A stretch of DNA of 63,704 nt, filler included. It is 5 parts of 5 records of this genome, joined end to end, with 100 filler letters (N's around TTAATTAATTAA, not from the genome) between each part and the next. Parts side by side here need not be neighbours in the genome. Positions count along the whole stretch, not along the records: positions 51,104 to 63,704 come from SRR22947725_3653; 4 more parts are not named here. One strand, 5' to 3'. A program made the translations under genes and the position numbers. The notes under the pieces were generated by a model that was not told the DNA's origin, did no database searches, and worked only from the letters and a program-made list of their open reading frames with translations. Positions 63,446 to 63,704 of this stretch are shown here, piece by piece; within the stretch, counting starts at the first letter, position 1, and each line of letters opens with the position of its first letter.

Positions 63446-63704
63446 TGGCACATTCCTATACACCCGGATTGAAAGTTTTACAAAAAACACTCTTCAGAAA
63501 AGAACGTATTTTGCCTCTTAAAGGGAAAGTTCTAGTAAAGAAAGGCGATAATTTAAGTCCAGATACTGTTGTTGCTTCAACAAATCTTCCTGGTAATGTT
63601 CAAATGTTGAAAGTAAATAATATTTTGAATATTGAACCTAGAGATGTAGTCGATTGCTTAATAATTAAAGAAGGAGACAGTGTTAAAAAAGGTGATATGA
63701 TTGC
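63445..63704 (+). CDS. Uncharacterised protein with lipoyl/sandwich-barrel-hybrid-like motifs, 3'-truncated by the window edge; absent from the ORF track
   Basis: TAATG overlap and AAAGGAGA SD. MAHSYTPGLKVLQKTLFRKERILPLKGKVLVKKGDNLSPDTVVASTNLPGNVQMLKVNNILNIEPRDVVDCLIIKEGDSVKKGDMI is open to the end. Confidence 0.85.
   Translation, partial: MAHSYTPGLKVLQKTLFRKERILPLKGKVLVKKGDNLSPDTVVASTNLPGNVQMLKVNNILNIEPRDVVDCLIIKEGDSVKKGDMI

Overview
This window is not one locus. It is five unrelated contigs (or contig pieces) joined by 100-nt artificial spacers (44 N + TTAATTAATTAA + 44 N) at 17869-17968, 28879-28978, 40716-40815 and 51004-51103. Taxonomic calls are inferred from gene content, gene order and promoter motifs, not from database searches. 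Segment 1 (1-17868) looks like an AT-rich marine Rhodobacteraceae: carB, pyc, an iron ABC permease, DUF2312/GapR, thrS, pyrD, and a LysR-controlled Rieske oxygenase / small protein / FAD-GcvT demethylase / ProC-like catabolic operon of unknown substrate. Segment 2 (17969-28878) is Flavobacteriia-like: DUF2141-TetR-TolC-RND efflux operon, polyprenyl synthase, sucAB, tatD, asparaginase and the 5' part of a tRNA-Ser. Segment 3 (28979-40715) is a streamlined alphaproteobacterium: gloB, chorismate mutase-hisC-tyrC, lysA, argH, etfAB, folD. Segment 4 (40816-51003) is Flavobacteriia-like: tmRNA (tag GENNYALAA), kdsA, typA, asnB, gyrB, mdh, secDF. Segment 5 (51104-63704) is tentatively Marinimicrobia-like: a tRNA 3' end, an amidase / XRE / CAAX-protease islet, an Fe-S-less (6-4) photolyase next to BolA, and a tightly coupled envelope/lipid operon ending in a GlmL-like ASKHA ATPase plus an unannotated partner with lipoyl-like repeats. 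The best candidates for undescribed biology are the Rieske/demethylase/ProC-like operon with its predicted LysR operators, the GlmL-like ATPase module with no visible mutase, and a tRNA-Thr anticodon-arm mimic in the thrS leader. No CRISPR array, transposase, integrase or phage gene was seen.
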